Assembly (NCBI GenBank): GCA_046482545.1
Contig: JAWOEX010000028.1
Coordinates: 224,001-288,000 of the forward strand
Reading direction: 5' to 3'
Source: Candidatus Thorarchaeota archaeon
GTDB lineage: Archaea > Asgardarchaeota > Thorarchaeia > Thorarchaeales > Thorarchaeaceae
Length of the DNA stretch: 64,000 nucleotides
In this document: in pieces, positions 28,808 to 39,254 of the stretch
Position numbering within the stretch: position 1 is the first letter of the stretch
Layout: each line of letters starts with the position of its first letter
Program-made: the position numbers and the translations under genes
The notes under the pieces: model-generated
What the model was told of the DNA's origin: nothing
What the model saw: the letters and a program-made list of their open reading frames with translations, nothing else
The model's database searches: none

Positions 28808-30412
28808 TCACACAGATTTCACAATCTCGCCGAACATTTCGGCTTCTTCCGAGGTAAGAACTCTTCCCTTAGTTGATTCAACCAGTTGTGTTGCTGTCTT
28901 TTCGGTGAATCTCAATGTAGTCAATAATTCGCCCAGATCTTCACGCATCGCTTCGAACTTGGCGCCCCCTGTTTCTTCAGGAACCGCAACAACACCATAA
29001 TCCGCTTCATCCGACTCGAGAATCTCCTTTACCCGTTTGACAGAATAGTATCCCGCTACACCACCGCTTCGGTTCCAGTCCTTAACATTGGCTACATCGA
29101 TGCAAATTTTGCTCGATTCATCGTTCTTCTTGACCTTGACAATTGCGGTTGCCTCGCGAGACGTTCCACCCTTTGCCATATGGAGCTGTACTTCTCCACC
29201 AGTCTCCTCAGCTGCAAGCTTCAATGCCTCGACAATGGCGTTGATTACTACAGAAGCGGTCAATTTGATTACATAATCTGCTTGCGGCTCTGGCTCCTCT
29301 TCAATGTCAAATAGAATCGAGTCAAGTCGAGGAATAATGAACTTTATTGCTTCCCTAGGAACTCCTTCGGAGTGATTGAAAGATTCTTCTATATCGTCCG
29401 GATCCAGCGGAAATATTGGATTGGGGGGAGGATCAATATTTTTCTCATTCCAATACTGCTTCATTGACTTTTCGACAAAAGAAGTTAGGTCATCTTTGGT
29501 GAATGGTCGAAGATTGACGGTTTCCTCCATACGGGATTGCATAGGCGCGTCCGCAATCTCATAAATACGATCCCAAACCTCCGTCAAACAAGAAGCCACC
29601 AGAACCACGTTCTTGCCTTCGTTATAGATACGCTTGAGAATCTCCAAGAATCGTCTCTCGGCTTCCTCACCATGCGTATTGTAGAGGCCTTCCGTTTCAT
29701 CAATGAAGAATACAATGGTTCGCTCGGAGCCCTCCATAAGCAGATTGAGGGTGGCGACAGTTACATCGTCTTCTTCCAGAACCGTGCGTACGCCGAGTTC
29801 CTCAAGTTCTTCATCACCGACTGCATCGCCAAACAGCCATCTTCTTGCCAAATCGCGATGACCAGGGTCGAGTCTGTACCGCATTAGTGTCTTAACAACA
29901 TCAGCTGAGATCCCGGGGTAACGGGCCAACAAGCGCTCCATGGCATAGTCGAAATCGTACTGTTCGTGGGTGACTCCCCGCACACCGCCAAATTTTGATA
30001 TCAACATATCTACAGTTTCATCGAAAATGCGCTCGCCAGCTTCATCCACAAGACACGCATGTAAATGAAGGGGTATCCTGACTGGTGCAGGTGGAGAAGG
30101 AACATAAACTGCGAGGAATTCTTTTCCCGCGAAAATACTTTCTTTATCCTTCAGCGACCAGAAGAGATGGGTTTTTCCCATCCCGGCCTCTCCTAAAATG
30201 GGTTGGAACCTTGCTGTGTTGTCCTTTATTGTGAAGCGAATGCATCGCAGAATGGCTCGATCTGCTGCTTTGTGGGGGCCAGCAATATCCACTGAATCTG
30301 GTGTGTCTCCCCGCGATACGTACCGCTTCATCGGTGGGTCGTCACGCAGTATCTCCATGTACATTTCTTCGTCAAAAGATTCGGTTTCGTTTTCTAATTC
30401 GTCCTGCGGCAA
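28808..30412 (-). CDS. AAA+-like P-loop ATPase with an uncharacterised C-terminal alpha/beta domain
   Basis: Walker A GEAGMGKT, Walker B FFIDETE, Arg-finger-like QSR, sensor-like GVPRE. Confidence 0.8.
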   Translation of the reverse strand: MPQDELENETESFDEEMYMEILRDDPPMKRYVSRGDTPDSVDIAGPHKAADRAILRCIRFTIKDNTARFQPILGEAGMGKTHLFWSLKDKESIFAGKEFLAVYVPSPPAPVRIPLHLHACLVDEAGERIFDETVDMLISKFGGVRGVTHEQYDFDYAMERLLARYPGISADVVKTLMRYRLDPGHRDLARRWLFGDAVGDEELEELGVRTVLEEDDVTVATLNLLMEGSERTIVFFIDETEGLYNTHGEEAERRFLEILKRIYNEGKNVVLVASCLTEVWDRIYEIADAPMQSRMEETVNLRPFTKDDLTSFVEKSMKQYWNEKNIDPPPNPIFPLDPDDIEESFNHSEGVPREAIKFIIPRLDSILFDIEEEPEPQADYVIKLTASVVINAIVEALKLAAEETGGEVQLHMAKGGTSREATAIVKVKKNDESSKICIDVANVKDWNRSGGVAGYYSVKRVKEILESDEADYGVVAVPEETGGAKFEAMREDLGELLTTLRFTEKTATQLVESTKGRVLTSEEAEMFGEIVKSV

Positions 30413-30555
30413 TGTATATCGCTCCCCATCGTGCAGTTCAAAGTATGGAATTATCAGTTATCAATGTATTGTGAAATGTTCGGTCAAAGGCCGCAGGCCA
30501 AGGATTTATGAGAAAGTCTAGCGAAGCCTGTTGTACATGTTGAGAGGATGGCTCA

Positions 30556-31851
30556 ATGGTCGAGGAGGAATGCGATGACGGCCTTGTCGATACTGGAACA
30601 GCCAAGGTTGCACGCTTTTCCCTTTTGTCAGCTATCTCTCGGCTTGGGCGTTCTTTTAGGGGCATCGCCCTTCCCCTGTTTGTCGTCTTCAGTGGATTCG
30701 AAGAAGCCTTCTACGGTATTATAGTAGCGGCTGCAGGTTATGCACAAGCAGTCTTCCTATTTCCTGCGGGACACCTTAGCGATAAGAAGGGTCGAGGTGT
30801 TTCCATCTTACTTGGCGGGCTCATCAGTGGAACCGCCTTGTTTCTATTACCGTTTTTCAGCAGCAGAAACATGATGCTCATTCTATATGGCATCACCGGC
30901 ATAGGCTCTGGTTTTATGAGAACATCCGTTAGTACACTCTTAGCAGACTACACCGAGCGGGGCGAGGAGCGCACGCAATCCTACGGTTATACAACAACCA
31001 TCGCAATACTGACAGGGGTCGTAGGTTCATTCGTCGCAGGCTTGATTCTCGACACTCAGTTCTTTCAATGGATTGACGCAGAAACATTCCGATACGTCAT
31101 CGTATTCGCAATAATGGGCATTTTCAGATTTGCTACAGGTATCACAGGATTCATGACAGAGCGCTGGCTGCAAAATCATGAGGAAATAGAAATCTCTGAA
31201 CCCACTGAACTTGATAATCCCTTGCCTGATTCGGCCGAAAATGATGCTAAAACCGCAACTCTGTTTGGAATTGGGCGAATCATGATGGGTTTCAGTTCCG
31301 GATTGGTTGTACCGTATCTTATTCTGTGGATTGACACAGCGTTCACTCCGGCCCCATCACTGTTAGGTAGCATCAAGTCATTATCTAGCTTAACCCTGGC
31401 AACAGGAACGCTAGCTGTAGGGCTTACCGGTGAAAAAGTAGGCAAGCTGAAAATGATAACATTTCTATACATCCTTGCACCGATTCTCATGTTTGGAATG
31501 GTAAATTCGTCCATCCTTCTTCTGTGCACTGTTTTCTACATTTCCAGAATGGCGGTGGCCAATATGGCCAGACCCGCTAGGAGCTCATTGTTGATGGAAC
31601 AGCTCTCCGCTCAGAGACGCGGAAAGAGTTTGGCCGTTACCTCAATTATGTGGAGTGTCCCTCGTCAAACCGGCACGCTCCTAGGAGCACTTGTTATGGG
31701 GCTCTTCGGTGGTATCGTAACCTTCGGCAGATTGTTCTTTCCCATCGCATTAGTGCTGTACCCACTATCCGTTATTCCAGCCTACATCGCTGTCCGAAGA
31801 AATGAGCGAATACGTCAGACGCATCAGCTGAACAGCGAAGATGTCACCTAA
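30556..31851 (+). CDS. MFS transporter
   Basis: GHLSDKKGRG and GEKVGKLK motif A; about 12 TMs. Confidence 0.9.
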   Translation: MVEEECDDGLVDTGTAKVARFSLLSAISRLGRSFRGIALPLFVVFSGFEEAFYGIIVAAAGYAQAVFLFPAGHLSDKKGRGVSILLGGLISGTALFLLPFFSSRNMMLILYGITGIGSGFMRTSVSTLLADYTERGEERTQSYGYTTTIAILTGVVGSFVAGLILDTQFFQWIDAETFRYVIVFAIMGIFRFATGITGFMTERWLQNHEEIEISEPTELDNPLPDSAENDAKTATLFGIGRIMMGFSSGLVVPYLILWIDTAFTPAPSLLGSIKSLSSLTLATGTLAVGLTGEKVGKLKMITFLYILAPILMFGMVNSSILLLCTVFYISRMAVANMARPARSSLLMEQLSAQRRGKSLAVTSIMWSVPRQTGTLLGALVMGLFGGIVTFGRLFFPIALVLYPLSVIPAYIAVRRNERIRQTHQLNSEDVT

Positions 31852-31853
31852 CC

Positions 31854-32099
31854 TCAAGTCCCGCCGCCTACTGGTGGAAAAATAACTACTAAGTCACCAT
31901 CTTCAAGTTCGTAATCGAGACTATTGATATGGTTTCCATTAACCATCACAATGCGGGTCTTTTCTTCAGAAAAGCCGATTTTATGAATCAATTCTCGGAC
32001 ATTACCGTCTTCTAGTTCTTCTGAGAAAGCCTCACCTATTTTCGTCCCTTCTGGTGTATACTTGCTCAGAGTGGCATAGAGCTTCACTTGCACTTCCAC
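31854..32099 (-). CDS. MoaD/ThiS ubiquitin-like sulfur carrier
   Basis: VKLYATL...MVNG...FPPVGGGT. Confidence 0.9.
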   Translation of the reverse strand: MEVQVKLYATLSKYTPEGTKIGEAFSEELEDGNVRELIHKIGFSEEKTRIVMVNGNHINSLDYELEDGDLVVIFPPVGGGT

Positions 32100-32109
32100 A
32101 TTCTAAACC

Positions 32110-32418
32110 TCAATAGTAGTCAACGTCAACATTGCTCTCAGTATATCCATGCCCCTTGAGATGTTGCCCGCCACAAAGAAGCCTCATATTAAAGGGAAAG
32201 AGACCTATTCGTGCGTCAGCCGGGATTTTGTCAGATGACTTTGCCAAATTACCATTGATGAAACAGTCCCCAATGTCATCTTCTTCCAAGCCTAAACGGC
32301 TTAGGAGATCTGCAAAAGTCTCTCCTTCTTTGTGCTCAAGCTCAAGCACAGTATTTTTGCTTGCACGAGAATCTTTTGCAAGACTTCTAAGCCGACCATA
32401 GAGGTGCACACGTATCAT
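32110..32418 (-). CDS. MoaD/ThiS-family protein with C-terminal extension
   Basis: VHLYGRL, FING, LFP, then CGGQHLKGHG. Confidence 0.8.
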   Translation of the reverse strand: MIRVHLYGRLRSLAKDSRASKNTVLELEHKEGETFADLLSRLGLEEDDIGDCFINGNLAKSSDKIPADARIGLFPFNMRLLCGGQHLKGHGYTESNVDVDYY

Positions 32419-32461
32419 TGTATTGTTATGGAATCGAGAATAAATAAGCCATCAGGTAGAC

Positions 32462-32496
32462 ACAAAAAAAGAAACAGAGGGGAAGAAAGTCCCCCG
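32462..32496 (-). terminator. Hairpin + U-tract terminator after aor
   Basis: Minus strand GGGGGA-CTTTCT-TCCCCT then CTGTTTC and a run of Ts. Confidence 0.55.
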
Positions 32497-32506
32497 TTTA
32501 ACTGAA

Positions 32507-34294
32507 CTACTTGTGAACTGCATCTAGCTCCTCGTCTGGCACGTCGAACTTCAAATGATGAGGCGGCAGCTCCTCTTCATAGAAGAATTCTGGCAGTCTG
32601 TCATCCTCCTTAGTAAAGCCTGCCTTCTTGTTAAACTCGCGCTCAACTTTGAGCACATTCAAACCATATTCGGTTACATCGATTTCAGTACCAAGGAAAC
32701 CATTAACCGTTTCGGTCATCCCTGCGAAGCCTTCATCATTGTCTAGAATGGCAAAAGCAATGAACAGGCAATATCCAGAGGAGTCAATATAGGCTGTCGT
32801 CGCCTGGAAAGTGCGGGATAAATCCGCTTTCTCAATCTTACGAGGGTCAGTGACTTCACCTTTGATGCCTAGAATCTCAGCAGCAATCGTATAGCCAGCG
32901 GTATGGTCGGCTCCCATGGGCGTAGTCGCATATGTCACACCGATGCCACGAATAGGGCGGGGATCATACGCAGGAACTGCTTGTCCCTTAACTACTGGAA
33001 TCCTATCCACACCAAGTGCCTCACCCGCTACCTTTGCACCCGAGCAAATCAGTGCACCTTTTCCTGAGTCGGGCTTGTAAGCTTTCTTCAGTAGTTCTAT
33101 GGCTGCTTCACCATCACCGAAATCAATCATGCCGGCTTCCATGAACATGGCAATAGTGTTGCCAGTCTCAATTGTATCAAGCCCCAAGTCATTACACAGT
33201 CTATTCAATTCAGCCACGTGCTCGAGGTTCTCGATCTCACAGTTGCTTCCAAGTGCCCAAGCGGTCTCGTATTCCAGTGGTGATACGTGAGCCTTTCCGG
33301 TATCTTCGTAAGGAACAACGTTGGAACATGCCATTATGCAGCCAGGATGACAAGGATGGGCATACTTCCCTTCTGCCTTGTCTCCGAATTTCTCGTCTGT
33401 TTCATCCACTAGCTCATGAACGGCTTCTCCGGAAATCTTTGCTGCACCATCCCATTGTCCTCTCCTGAAGTTTCGAACAGGTAGGCCACCAGCCTCATTC
33501 AAAATATTCTGCAGAATGTTTGTGCCATAGTTCTTGAGACCACCGTAAGGCTCGCCGTCTTTATCTTTCAGCCTGCCCGTTACAGGATGATCATTCAAAG
33601 CCTTCACAAGCTTCTTTTGACCCTTATCGAAGAGCTCCTCGTTTTCGGGTTCAGGGCTATCACAACCGGAATCATCACTGATTATCGCAACAATGTGTTT
33701 TGACCCAAGTACTGCTCCCAAGCCGCCTCGTCCAGCATATCTCCCTGGGTCAGAGTTCTCTATGTTGTTTCCGAAAATCCCAGAATTTAGATGCTGACGC
33801 TGACCTGCTATACCGCACCCAATGATACCCGGTACGGAATCATACTCATCCCCGATCTTGCTGATAAGCTCATAGAGACCTATGCCAGCGTAGTCGTTCG
33901 TTTTCTTGATTTCCACTTTGTCCTTCGAGATGTATATGCTGTACCAGTTGTCATCATTTTCGGGCGGTTTGCCTTCGATTATGATACCTCGTACTCCGAG
34001 CTTACCCAACCGTGTAGCAGTGAGTCCTCCCGCATTTGCCTCTTTGATACCACCAGTCAAGGGTGATTTGGCCCCGACACTTAATCGTCCAGATGATGGT
34101 GCGGAGGTACCAGCGAGAAGGCCTGGAGATATCACGAATTTGTTATACTCCCTCAGAGGGTGACAAGTTGGGTCAACCTCCTCCGCTACAACCGTAGAAG
34201 TAAAGGCCCGACCTGCAAGTGCCTCATATTTCTTGGGAACATCTTCCCATTTATGAGATAGTTTTGACATATTGATTCTAAGAATTCTACTCAT
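32507..34294 (-). CDS. aor: Tungsten-dependent aldehyde:ferredoxin oxidoreductase family
   Basis: KSPLTGGIKE, AGRGGLGAV, C.PGCIMAC, EYET, DLGLDTI, YDPR, DRLP. Confidence 0.92.
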   Translation of the reverse strand: MSRILRINMSKLSHKWEDVPKKYEALAGRAFTSTVVAEEVDPTCHPLREYNKFVISPGLLAGTSAPSSGRLSVGAKSPLTGGIKEANAGGLTATRLGKLGVRGIIIEGKPPENDDNWYSIYISKDKVEIKKTNDYAGIGLYELISKIGDEYDSVPGIIGCGIAGQRQHLNSGIFGNNIENSDPGRYAGRGGLGAVLGSKHIVAIISDDSGCDSPEPENEELFDKGQKKLVKALNDHPVTGRLKDKDGEPYGGLKNYGTNILQNILNEAGGLPVRNFRRGQWDGAAKISGEAVHELVDETDEKFGDKAEGKYAHPCHPGCIMACSNVVPYEDTGKAHVSPLEYETAWALGSNCEIENLEHVAELNRLCNDLGLDTIETGNTIAMFMEAGMIDFGDGEAAIELLKKAYKPDSGKGALICSGAKVAGEALGVDRIPVVKGQAVPAYDPRPIRGIGVTYATTPMGADHTAGYTIAAEILGIKGEVTDPRKIEKADLSRTFQATTAYIDSSGYCLFIAFAILDNDEGFAGMTETVNGFLGTEIDVTEYGLNVLKVEREFNKKAGFTKEDDRLPEFFYEEELPPHHLKFDVPDEELDAVHK

Positions 34295-34577
34295 CGTTTC
34301 TCAAACTCCTAACCTGTCTTAAGTATATGTTTTGGAGGCTTAAAAACGATATGTCATGTCATTTCATATCGATATGTTTTCTTGTGCATAACGTTTGCAT
34401 CTAAACGGGAATTGGTTAAGAAAATGATACACAATACAGTAAACAGGACATTGTAGTATATTTTATGGAACGGAATAATCCGACTAACGTTGTTCACCTA
34501 CTAATAAAACCGAAGGCATAAATATGAGACATCTTGTGAGCGGCACAAAGCTCAAGACAATTCAAATGGTGAATACC

Positions 34578-35777
34578 ATGGTAGATAGGCCAGAAAATCC
34601 GACCCTATGGATGAAACAAGAAGTAGACCGATTGAAAGAGGAAAATCTAGACTGGAAGCTGAGAGAGCTTCAAGGGCCCAGTGCGCCCAAAGCTAAAGTG
34701 GATGGTCGAAAAGTAATAATGCTCTGTAGCAATAATTACCTGAATCTCACAAATCACCCCAAGCTGGTAAAAGCTGCAAAGGACGCTGCTGAGAAATACG
34801 GTGCTGGTTCAGGTTCAGTGCGGGCAATTGCAGGAAACATGGATTTGCACATGGAGCTTGAAAAGCGTCTTGCAAATTTCAAGGGGGCCGAAGCTTCACT
34901 GACATACAGCGCTGGATTCACAACTAACGAAGGCCTAATCCCGCAGCTCATCGGAAAAGAAGATGCTGTTGTTTCTGATGAACTCAACCACGGAAGCATC
35001 ATCGACGGAATAAGGCTCACCAAGGCAACGCGTTTCATTTACAAGCATAAAGATATGGCCGACTTGGAGAGAGTCCTCAATGAAGTAGAGAAGGACAACC
35101 CTCGAAGAATCCTGATCATAACCGACGGCGTCTTTTCGATGGACGGTGATATAGCACCGCTAGATGAAATCGCTGAACTAGGTAAAGAACACAATGCGAT
35201 GATATATGTTGACGATGCTCATGGCGAAGCTGTGCTGGGCGAAGGGGGACGAGGGATTGTTTCACATTTCGGACTCACACATGATGAAGTGCACTTCGAA
35301 ATGGGTACATTCAGCAAAGCTTTCGGTGTGATGGGGGGTCACGTCTCAGGCAGTCAACACATGGTAGACTATGCTTACAATACGAGTCGTTCATGGTTGC
35401 TAAGCGCTTCACACACACCCGCAACCACTGCATCTTGCATTGCTGCAATCGATGTGTTGGAAACTGAAAAAGAGCACGTTGAAAGGTTATGGGATAACCG
35501 AGAGTACTTCGTTAAGGGTCTAGAAGAGATGGGTTTCGACACCGGAAACAGCGAGACCCCAATAGTCCCGGCTATGTGTGGTGCAAGCTCCAAAGCGGTG
35601 AAATTGAGCGATGGGCTCTACGATGAGGGTATTCTTGCTCTGCCAATTGTATATCCTATGGTTGCGAAGGACAAAGCGAGAATACGAAATATGATGAACT
35701 CTGGGTTGAGCAAAGAGCACCTGGATACAGCTCTTGCAGCTTATGAGAAAATCGGCAAGAAACTAGACATAATATAG
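34578..35777 (+). CDS. kbl: Glycine C-acetyltransferase (2-amino-3-ketobutyrate CoA ligase)/BioF family
   Basis: CSNNYLNL, SDELNHGSIIDG, DGVFSMDG, DDAH, GTFSKAFG. GGTGA SD before ATG 34578. Confidence 0.88.
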   Translation: MVDRPENPTLWMKQEVDRLKEENLDWKLRELQGPSAPKAKVDGRKVIMLCSNNYLNLTNHPKLVKAAKDAAEKYGAGSGSVRAIAGNMDLHMELEKRLANFKGAEASLTYSAGFTTNEGLIPQLIGKEDAVVSDELNHGSIIDGIRLTKATRFIYKHKDMADLERVLNEVEKDNPRRILIITDGVFSMDGDIAPLDEIAELGKEHNAMIYVDDAHGEAVLGEGGRGIVSHFGLTHDEVHFEMGTFSKAFGVMGGHVSGSQHMVDYAYNTSRSWLLSASHTPATTASCIAAIDVLETEKEHVERLWDNREYFVKGLEEMGFDTGNSETPIVPAMCGASSKAVKLSDGLYDEGILALPIVYPMVAKDKARIRNMMNSGLSKEHLDTALAAYEKIGKKLDII

Positions 35778-35791
35778 TAACCGCCGAGATT

Positions 35792-35831
35792 AGTGACCAA
35801 GAGATATCTTGGTCACTTCATTCTTTTTCTT
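35792..35831 (+). terminator. Hairpin + U-tract terminator
   Basis: AGTGACCAAGA-GATA-TCTTGGTCACT then TCATTCTTTTTCTT. Confidence 0.75.
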
Positions 35832-35927
35832 AATACACACAACCTGAAATCAGAATAGATTCTGTACCGCTGTTGTTTATAACGAATAGCCTAACCCTTA
35901 TCACAGTAGTAGTGTATTGAATATAGT

Positions 35928-36167
35928 ATGGTCACTGTTGAGCGAGATCTAACCTTTGATGATATTCTAGCTGAAACCGCTAAGTCAGCAGCAAGAATTC
36001 GAATCTATGGACATAGGATGGCGATTCTCGCTGAAGGACTGATAGCGTACGTTGGAGACAATGTAGTAGGAATAAAACACCAGGATAAAGGAACAGCCAC
36101 AGAGTTTATCCGCAAGGATCGTATCATCAAAATTCAGATACTTGGTAAGCAAGAAGTCATTTGTTGA
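35928..36167 (+). CDS. Small hypothetical protein, possibly Sm/Hfq-like barrel
   Basis: ATG downstream of a TTTATAA box; EGLIAYVGDNVV...EFIRKDRIIKI pattern. Confidence 0.6.
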   Translation: MVTVERDLTFDDILAETAKSAARIRIYGHRMAILAEGLIAYVGDNVVGIKHQDKGTATEFIRKDRIIKIQILGKQEVIC

Positions 36168-36552
36168 ATTTGCCTTTGATAGGTCGAACGCGGTTACATG
36201 AACACTCGCTCTTGAAGATCATTTTTTTTTTTCTTCTCAGAGAAGAGGTACATACAACCACCAGTTTAGTACTGATTACCAGCAAAATGTGTGTAGATCT
36301 CAATCGTGAGTGCTCTTTCGTATTCGAGCCTGAAACTATCGACATCGGTTTCGTTTTTCGATTGATAACCATAGTAAATTGTGACTAGGCCTATGGCTAA
36401 CGGATTCCAGACATTCGGTTTTTAATACATAAATATGGCAATTGTCTTGTCTGGTGTCTCCTAGAGCATGACTCGTCGTTCTCTTCACATACCTTCTTCC
36501 ATTGGTTGTCAACGACGAACTTGATGCCCAACCAGATTTCGAAGGTCCGATT

Positions 36553-37311
36553 CTATGATTCCCACAAATGGGAACAGACAGGACAGTCATTCCTATGCCT
36601 CACTTCTGTGGACATGTAGTCCATTCGTTCACCATCGAACAGTAACATTCTTCCTTCCAGTGTTTCCCCAAAACCAACGATGAGCTTCAGGGTCTCCATA
36701 ACCTGCAGCATCGCAAACAGACCAGATGTTGCTCCAACAACAGGGAACGTCGCCATTTCCTCTGGATCTTCAGACAGTATGCAGCGGAGACATGGCCCCT
36801 TTCCCGGGATTATGGTAGTGATTTGCCCGTAAAGCCCTTGAATGCCGGCGTGAACAAATGGGATTTCTTGATTGACGCATTCCTGATTGAGTAGGAACCG
36901 AATAGCCCAGTTGTCCATGGCATCAACCACCACAGTAGAGTCGTTGACAATGTCATTCACATTGTCTTCCGTAATTTCCGTTTTCAGTGCATCTACCTGG
37001 ACATGCGGATTCAGCTGGAGAAGCTTCTCGGCCACGGATTTCGCCTTGGGCTGGCCAATGTCTTGCTGCCAGGCCAGAATCTGCCGATTCAGATTGCTGA
37101 GCTCAAACTCATCTTTGTCAACTAGGACGATTTTCCCAACACCCGCTGCAGCCAAGTACAGAGCCACGGGGCATCCAAGGCCTCCCGTTCCGGCTATCAG
37201 AACTGTCGAACCGTTCAGCTTCTCCTGCCCTTTCCGTCCCCAATCATCAATTATGATTTGCCGATTGTATCTCGTTAGTTCAGACTCCGACAGCAACGAT
37301 TCGGATTCCAT
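36553..37311 (-). CDS. ThiF/MoeB (E1-like) adenylyltransferase
   Basis: RYNRQI, GTGGLG, SNLNRQ, CLRC, CPVC. Likely ATG at 37311. Confidence 0.93.
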   Translation of the reverse strand: MESESLLSESELTRYNRQIIIDDWGRKGQEKLNGSTVLIAGTGGLGCPVALYLAAAGVGKIVLVDKDEFELSNLNRQILAWQQDIGQPKAKSVAEKLLQLNPHVQVDALKTEITEDNVNDIVNDSTVVVDAMDNWAIRFLLNQECVNQEIPFVHAGIQGLYGQITTIIPGKGPCLRCILSEDPEEMATFPVVGATSGLFAMLQVMETLKLIVGFGETLEGRMLLFDGERMDYMSTEVRHRNDCPVCSHLWES

Positions 37312-37433
37312 ATTCACAACACCCTTCTGTTCATCCATGTCTCTGAGGAATATAGGGCTTGTCCCAAGGACATCGCCACAGTCAAAACGTTGAAAACGGT
37401 TTGGATTATAATACCAGATGTCGAGGTGAACCA

Positions 37434-37724
37434 ATGAGCATCGTCATTAATTACTTCGGGATTCTTGCTTCGAAGATGTCAACAACCAATGATTCAGTCG
37501 AACTGTCCAGCGGAGTCAGAATCAGAGATGTCTTTTGTCATCTCATTGAGAAGCACAGGGAGGTCTTCAAGACATACATTTACAATCCCGAGGGAGAGAA
37601 GATGAATGGAGATGTCTTGGTAAATGTCAATGATGTCCCGATTCTCCAGAAGCAGGGAATAGATACCATTTTGAATGACGGGGATCAGATTGACATCCTC
37701 CCCATCTTTGCGGGTGGCGGCTAG
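37434..37724 (+). CDS. MoaD/SAMP-like ubiquitin-like protein
   Basis: GAGGTG SD; ends LPIFAGGG; divergent from the E1-like gene. Confidence 0.9.
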   Translation: MSIVINYFGILASKMSTTNDSVELSSGVRIRDVFCHLIEKHREVFKTYIYNPEGEKMNGDVLVNVNDVPILQKQGIDTILNDGDQIDILPIFAGGG

Positions 37725-37932
37725 AATTCTATCCCACTTTTTCGGCATTTGCCACACCATTGGAAGGCACTGTGTATGAGTACAACCACTCGGAAAAGTT
37801 GAACATATTGAGTGTAGGTCTGCGGACTTGATTCAGTCAAATGCCATGTTACTCAAAGCAATTTCAAGACGCATATTTAAGAAAGCTAAATAGAGGAGTA
37901 TGTACAGCACGACAACATATGAGGCATAGGCT

Positions 37933-38469
37933 ATGGTCAATTACTTGGAAGACATTCCCGCAGGTCCCGATCCACCCTCTGAAATCTATGCAATCATCGA
38001 GCTGACACGAGCCAGCAAGAACAAATTCGAGTATGATGTAGAATACAATCTGTTCAAACTCGATCGCGTTTTATATACATTCGCGCCATTTGACTACGGC
38101 TTCATACCCCGTACCCTTGACGCTGACGGAGATCCCTTAGATGTCATTCTTCTGATAAAACAACCTACCTTTACCTCCTGCATGGTCCACGCCAGACCAA
38201 TCGGCATGATGGAGATGCACGACATGGGCGAGATAGATGACAAAATAATAGCGGTGCCCATGAGTGAACCGTATTACCGCGATGTAAAAAGTATCATCGA
38301 TATCCCACGTAGCACTATCGATGAGCTACAGTATTTTTACCAAACCTACAAAATTCAGGAAGGCGGCCACACAGAAGTCAAGCGATTCCAAGAACTGAAT
38401 GATGCGTATAAGACGATTAACCGCTGTATAGATGCCTATCAAGAAAGAGAGGATAAATCCAAAGAATAG
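37933..38469 (+). CDS. ppa: Family I inorganic pyrophosphatase
   Basis: YGFIPRT, DGDPLD, DDKIIAV. Confidence 0.95.
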   Translation: MVNYLEDIPAGPDPPSEIYAIIELTRASKNKFEYDVEYNLFKLDRVLYTFAPFDYGFIPRTLDADGDPLDVILLIKQPTFTSCMVHARPIGMMEMHDMGEIDDKIIAVPMSEPYYRDVKSIIDIPRSTIDELQYFYQTYKIQEGGHTEVKRFQELNDAYKTINRCIDAYQEREDKSKE

Positions 38470-38539
38470 GATACTAATCTCAGACCAGAGTCATGGCATC
38501 CCGGCATCCAGGAATAATAGACTAAGAGGTGTCACCAAC

Positions 38540-39193
38540 GTGAGCAAAATAGTGCGATGCAAGGCGGTCATTTTTGATTTTGACGGTACTTTGGCGGACA
38601 GCATGCCTTTCCTTCAGAAAATTGGGGTCAAACTTATGCAGGAATACTTTGATTTGAGCAAGGCCGAGGCAACCAGAAGGTATCGCTCGACAACTGGTCT
38701 CCCATACGAGCAACAGATAGAAATGAATTTTCCTGACTCGCCTCAGAACAATCAGGCGATAGAGGAATTCGAAAGGAAGAAGATTCAGAACATCTTCGAA
38801 CAGGACCTTTTTCCGGATGCATCTGATACCGTTAAGACACTTCATAAGAAAAATTTTGATTTGTTTGTCTCTTCCTCAACATTTGAGAGTACCATTGTTG
38901 AGTATTTTCAAAGGAAATCACTTCTCAAGTACTTCAAAGAGATTATGGGATACCGACGAGGGTTCGAAAAGGGTGCGGATCATTTCATGCACGTAGAGTC
39001 TCAGTATGATATTTCTCTGGATGAAATCGTGTTCATTGGGGACTCTCTGAAGGATTACGAAAGGGCAGATGGAATGGTTAGATTCATCGCCAAAGAAGGC
39101 ATGTTCACCGCTAGTGATTTCTCGAAAATCGGGCATAGTGGCCCAGTGGTGACCCATCTCAAACAGCTTCCTCCACTGGTTGAACTGAGTTAA
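38540..39193 (+). CDS. HAD-superfamily phosphatase
   Basis: FDFDGTLADS, IGDSLKD; GAGGTG SD before GTG 38540. Confidence 0.9.
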   Translation: MSKIVRCKAVIFDFDGTLADSMPFLQKIGVKLMQEYFDLSKAEATRRYRSTTGLPYEQQIEMNFPDSPQNNQAIEEFERKKIQNIFEQDLFPDASDTVKTLHKKNFDLFVSSSTFESTIVEYFQRKSLLKYFKEIMGYRRGFEKGADHFMHVESQYDISLDEIVFIGDSLKDYERADGMVRFIAKEGMFTASDFSKIGHSGPVVTHLKQLPPLVELS

Positions 39194-39254
39194 CCGGTCC
39201 ACTGTGTATCGTTTTTCAAACCGTGGATGTTTTGTCGAGCTTGTCTCACGTGAC

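Noticed and set aside
36157-36590. Short overlapping ORFs around a poly-T run
   Set aside because: No motifs; the poly-T more likely terminates the 79-aa gene.
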